Shown piece after piece: positions 60,524 to 64,000 of a stretch of DNA of 64,000 bases. This DNA comes from Nanobdellota archaeon (GTDB taxonomy: Archaea; Nanobdellota; Nanobdellia; Woesearchaeales; UBA583). The stretch is from contig JAIUMM010000003.1 of the NCBI GenBank assembly GCA_022565615.1, positions 1,012 through 65,011 of the forward strand, read 5' to 3'. A program made the position numbers and the translations under genes. Within the stretch, counting starts at the first letter, position 1. Each line of letters opens with the position of its first letter. The notes below the pieces were generated by a model, which was not told the DNA's origin, ran no database searches, and worked only from the letters and a program-made list of their open reading frames with translations.

Positions 60524-62191
60524 ATGGTATCATCAGAATTTGCAATATTTCAAAATTATAGACAAAAAGCAGCTGCTCTTAGAAGTGCAGCAAAAGATGC
60601 ACTAGATATTTTTACAAATTTAGGAAAAGGATTTGACTCAACTAATAAATATTTACTTCAAAGAGCAGGAATCTCAGAGAAATTACAAGATAGATTAATT
60701 AGAGGAGATAAACAAATTAAGCCTCTTCTTCAAGGATTAATTCAAGAACTTGATAGAGAAATTAAAGAATTAGATTCTATGCTTGGACATATTCAAATTT
60801 TTGGAGCTGATGCATTTCATAATTTTCAACGAAGTGCAATTTCACATCAAAAAAAACAAGCTGATATATTAAATGAATTATATGAATTAGGAATTGGATA
60901 CTTCCATGCACTTGAAGATCAAATTCATGCAAGATACTTAAGTGTGGAACAAGCCCATAACAGATTTAGAGAAAAACTCTTTGAAATTTTAAGAGCATTA
61001 GTTGAAGATAAAATGCCTAAAAGTGCAATTGTTGATACTTGGATTGATTGTTTTGAATTTTTAGTATTGTATTTACGTGATGATTTAGAAATGGCTCTTC
61101 CAAGACATACATTTATTGAACTTGTTGAACAAGAAACATACTCTCCTGCAAGAGTTGTATTACAACGATATTTTACAGTTGGACAAGGAGAACATTATAT
61201 TAAACAAGTTGAAGAACAAGGATTAACTAGAAGAGCAAGAGATAGTAACTCTCAAAAAGTATCTTATTTATCATTAAAAGAAGAACAACAGAAGAAGATT
61301 GACAAAATTGTAATGGCGTCCCTAATTAATTTACTTGAAGGAGTTGAATTTGAGGACTCAAATGAAGGAAGATATGTCTGGGATCAAGATACTGATAAAC
61401 CTGAAGACTCTAGAAGAGGTATAAAACAACGAATTGAAGATAAATTCAAAGAAAAAGAAAAATCTCCAATTACTGATGAAGTTACAGCTGTAATAGAACA
61501 ACTTCTTATTGAATTTAGAACTAAAGTAATTGAACTTAAAGCTAAAAAATTCTTCAAATATGAAGAAGCAAACAAAAATCTAGGGTACGATAAATTCATT
61601 ATATTTGTAACTGATAATGGGCAACCTGTCTATGTTGAAAATTTAAGAGATGATAAATGGAGGGAAAAAAATGCAACAACTGTTCTTGGAGTAAGAGAAT
61701 TCTTAAAAAGAGTTCTTGATTCAGGAACTAAAGAACCTCAAAAAGATGTATATGTTAAATATTTATTAGAACTTGAAGAGAATAAACAACTACTTGCATC
61801 TTCTCAAGAAGGAGGAAGTGGAGGCGAAGATGAAGAAGATTGGTTTAGTGGAGTAGAAGCATTTTCAAATTATAACGAACTTCATAGTGCAATTCAAGAA
61901 ATGTTAACATTATGTAATGGACTTAAAGATGATTCCCTATATTCAGAAGATAGGGTAAATAGTGACTCTACTAATGCTGTTGAATTAAAAATTAATGGAT
62001 TAAAAGAAGGTTCAAAAAGAATAGCTAAAAGTTTATCCTCCAAAGATTACTTTGGAACTATAAATAAACAAGAAATGATTGCTCAAATTAAAAATATTCT
62101 TAATTCTTTAAATTCAATTAATATTCATTCCTCAAAAAGTATTATCTTAAATACTGTTAATCAAATTGAAGGAGTACTACAACAGTTTTAG
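60524..62191 (+). CDS. 555-aa predominantly helical protein, unknown family
   Basis: Starts 9 nt after the upstream stop. Balanced (not Asn/Ile-swamped) composition suggests a constrained protein. No motif recognised. Confidence 0.5.
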   Translation: MVSSEFAIFQNYRQKAAALRSAAKDALDIFTNLGKGFDSTNKYLLQRAGISEKLQDRLIRGDKQIKPLLQGLIQELDREIKELDSMLGHIQIFGADAFHNFQRSAISHQKKQADILNELYELGIGYFHALEDQIHARYLSVEQAHNRFREKLFEILRALVEDKMPKSAIVDTWIDCFEFLVLYLRDDLEMALPRHTFIELVEQETYSPARVVLQRYFTVGQGEHYIKQVEEQGLTRRARDSNSQKVSYLSLKEEQQKKIDKIVMASLINLLEGVEFEDSNEGRYVWDQDTDKPEDSRRGIKQRIEDKFKEKEKSPITDEVTAVIEQLLIEFRTKVIELKAKKFFKYEEANKNLGYDKFIIFVTDNGQPVYVENLRDDKWREKNATTVLGVREFLKRVLDSGTKEPQKDVYVKYLLELEENKQLLASSQEGGSGGEDEEDWFSGVEAFSNYNELHSAIQEMLTLCNGLKDDSLYSEDRVNSDSTNAVELKINGLKEGSKRIAKSLSSKDYFGTINKQEMIAQIKNILNSLNSINIHSSKSIILNTVNQIEGVLQQF

Positions 62192-62203
62192 TAGTAATTA
62201 AAA

Positions 62204-64000
62204 ATGAATTCTAACTATAATGCAACAACTGGAATTTTAAGTAAACCAACTCAAATAGGGAACTTGAAATTAAAACAAACTTACTTCATTGAACCTAATC
62301 ATCCTACTCTTTTTGTTGATGATGCTCTAATGGGCATTTGGATAAATTTAGATTCTACTCAATTTAGTAACAAGCAATCAATTGGATTTCCAATTAGTAT
62401 TCAAAGAATAAATAATGGTGATAAAAAGGATTTCAAATTATTATCATTTCCTTCTTATAAAATAACTAGTGAAGGTAAATTACCAGTTCAAATTTTTTTA
62501 GACGATGTTTATGAAATTTTTAATACAGCTTTCCCACTTGGAGCTAGAGAAAATGAAGGAGAAGAAAATCAAACTGATAAAGAATTAGATTTAGAACAAA
62601 AAATTGATATTTTGCATAAAATTTTTGAATTTGATACCTCTAAAGGTAGAATTCCTAAAAATTATCTAGAGGCTAAAGATAAACTTAGTAGTTCTGTTTT
62701 AGAGAAAATGAGGTTATTTCTAAAATTTATAAAAAATCTTAGAAAAGCACCTCTTAAAGAATTATTAACAGATAAAACAAAATCTATTATATTTGGAACA
62801 CTATCAATGAAAGATGAACTAGAAAATCAAGTTGCAACAATGAATGTTCAATATAAAAAAATTGATGATAATTCCTGTCAAAGAGTATTTGATGAAGCAT
62901 TTAAAAGTCTATATTTATCAGATTCACAATTACACGATATATTTGATGCCATTGGGTTTAAATATTGGTCAAATGGTAATATCCCGCTAACAGGAGGAGC
63001 TATATTTGTAGATTATGGAGGAACTGGTAAATCTCTTTCTAAATCTGCAATTAGAAGTTTCACAAAAGGTTTAGCAAAATCAGTAAAAACAGATTGTGAA
63101 ATTAAAGAAGTAACTTCTGGAGAAATTTCTTCTTATGTCAACTCAGGACCACAAACAGTTCAAAGATGGTATTTAGGTTCAAAGATAAGTGACCATATTT
63201 CAAGTAAACAACCAAATTTAGTTGAAAAAGCAAGAATAAATCAATTTCCATCATTTTTAATTGTAGATGAAGCACAAGATTTAATCAAATCAAGTGATTT
63301 AAGAAGAATTGGAGAGTCTGATCCAGGAACTATTGAACCTTTTAAGAGATTTATTCAAGATGTTAATAAAGGAGGTGTTACAGGGTTTGTAATTACAATT
63401 CTAATTGCAAATATGAGACCTGAGCAAATAGATAATCCTCTCTCTCAAGGTGGAGAAAGATTAAAAACAATTTGGTTTGGACATCCAAAAACAGTGGAAG
63501 CATGGAGTGCTGTTGCACTATTTCAATTTGAGGATAAAAAATTAAAATTTAATTTAGAATATAATCAACTTCCTCTTAAAAATATTGGAAAAATTCTTCT
63601 AAAACAGCAAGAATTTTTAAAAAATAGTTTCCAAATTAGAGAATTTGAAGAAGAAAAAGGAGGAGTTTCTCAAAGGATTTTTGGAGATATTGTAGCTGAG
63701 TTTAAATCAAGAAATTCTAATGAAAATATTACTAGCTTTAGCATAAACCAATTTAGACATACAGAAGATATAGATAAAATATTTGATTTTATATCATTTC
63801 TTGAATTTTTAATAGAAAAAGCAATATCAACTGCTAGAAGAGGAGGATTTAGTATTAATGAACAACAGTTGAGGAATTTACTTAGAAATGAAATTAATCT
63901 TGAAACTAACTCTACATCATCTTCAAATGATAATCACTCACATAGTTTTGAAAATGTCAATCCACAGCTTACTCAATTCTATAATAAAATATTAAAAACT
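62204..64000 (+). CDS. divergent classic-clade AAA+ ATPase with ~260-aa unknown N-terminal domain (partial; continues past the window end)
   Basis: My translation from the ATG at 62204 is open for all 599 codons. Walker A-like DYGGTGKSL (about 63011-63037), Walker B FLIVDEAQDL (about 63254-63283), sensor-1/Arg-finger-like ILIANMRPEQIDNPLSQGGERL (compare ATNRP..lD.AllRPGRfd). Absent from the ORF track because there is no stop in the window. Confidence 0.65.
   Translation, partial: MNSNYNATTGILSKPTQIGNLKLKQTYFIEPNHPTLFVDDALMGIWINLDSTQFSNKQSIGFPISIQRINNGDKKDFKLLSFPSYKITSEGKLPVQIFLDDVYEIFNTAFPLGARENEGEENQTDKELDLEQKIDILHKIFEFDTSKGRIPKNYLEAKDKLSSSVLEKMRLFLKFIKNLRKAPLKELLTDKTKSIIFGTLSMKDELENQVATMNVQYKKIDDNSCQRVFDEAFKSLYLSDSQLHDIFDAIGFKYWSNGNIPLTGGAIFVDYGGTGKSLSKSAIRSFTKGLAKSVKTDCEIKEVTSGEISSYVNSGPQTVQRWYLGSKISDHISSKQPNLVEKARINQFPSFLIVDEAQDLIKSSDLRRIGESDPGTIEPFKRFIQDVNKGGVTGFVITILIANMRPEQIDNPLSQGGERLKTIWFGHPKTVEAWSAVALFQFEDKKLKFNLEYNQLPLKNIGKILLKQQEFLKNSFQIREFEEEKGGVSQRIFGDIVAEFKSRNSNENITSFSINQFRHTEDIDKIFDFISFLEFLIEKAISTARRGGFSINEQQLRNLLRNEINLETNSTSSSNDNHSHSFENVNPQLTQFYNKILKT

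Overview
This window is 64 kb of a visibly AT-rich archaeal chromosome. The gene content includes archaeal/eukaryal-type ribosomal proteins (L10e, L35Ae, S19e, L31e, L39e, S24e, L30e, S7, S12), SecY, proteasome beta, RadA, Cdc48, aIF2 alpha and beta, two histones, RNase J, ADP-forming acetyl-CoA synthetase and enolase. Genes are tightly packed, the 16S and 23S rRNA genes are unlinked, and there are many lineage-specific Asn/Lys/Ile-rich ORFs. Together these suggest a reduced-genome, DPANN-like archaeon, but that is inference only; no database was searched. I call one 16S rRNA, one 23S rRNA preceded by tRNA-Ala, six tRNAs in total, about 75 CDS and several disrupted genes. I found no CRISPR array, transposase, integrase, 5S rRNA or rRNA intron. 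The main observations are: (1) The 3' ends of conserved genes (secY, rpl39e, aIF2-alpha, tRNA-Arg-CCU, tRNA-Thr-UGU) are repeated 54-132 nt downstream of the intact gene as 'echoes'. In two protein cases the echo is conserved at the peptide level but spelled with different codons. (2) A tight three-gene operon of unknown function at the right edge encodes a polytopic membrane protein, a 555-aa helical protein and a very divergent AAA+ ATPase. (3) A Tad/Epd-like type IV filament operon has a split platform protein, two uncharacterised upstream genes and no visible pilin. (4) An exported DsbA-like oxidoreductase sits next to a small membrane protein with an intramembrane CPAC motif. (5) A DNA ligase gene lacks everything after motif IIIa. 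(6) Two reading frames are interrupted by single in-frame TAG codons, although TAG is clearly a normal stop elsewhere in the window. RNA end coordinates are approximate (+/- a few nt for tRNAs, +/- 30 nt for rRNAs). Protein calls rest on motifs I recognise by eye.
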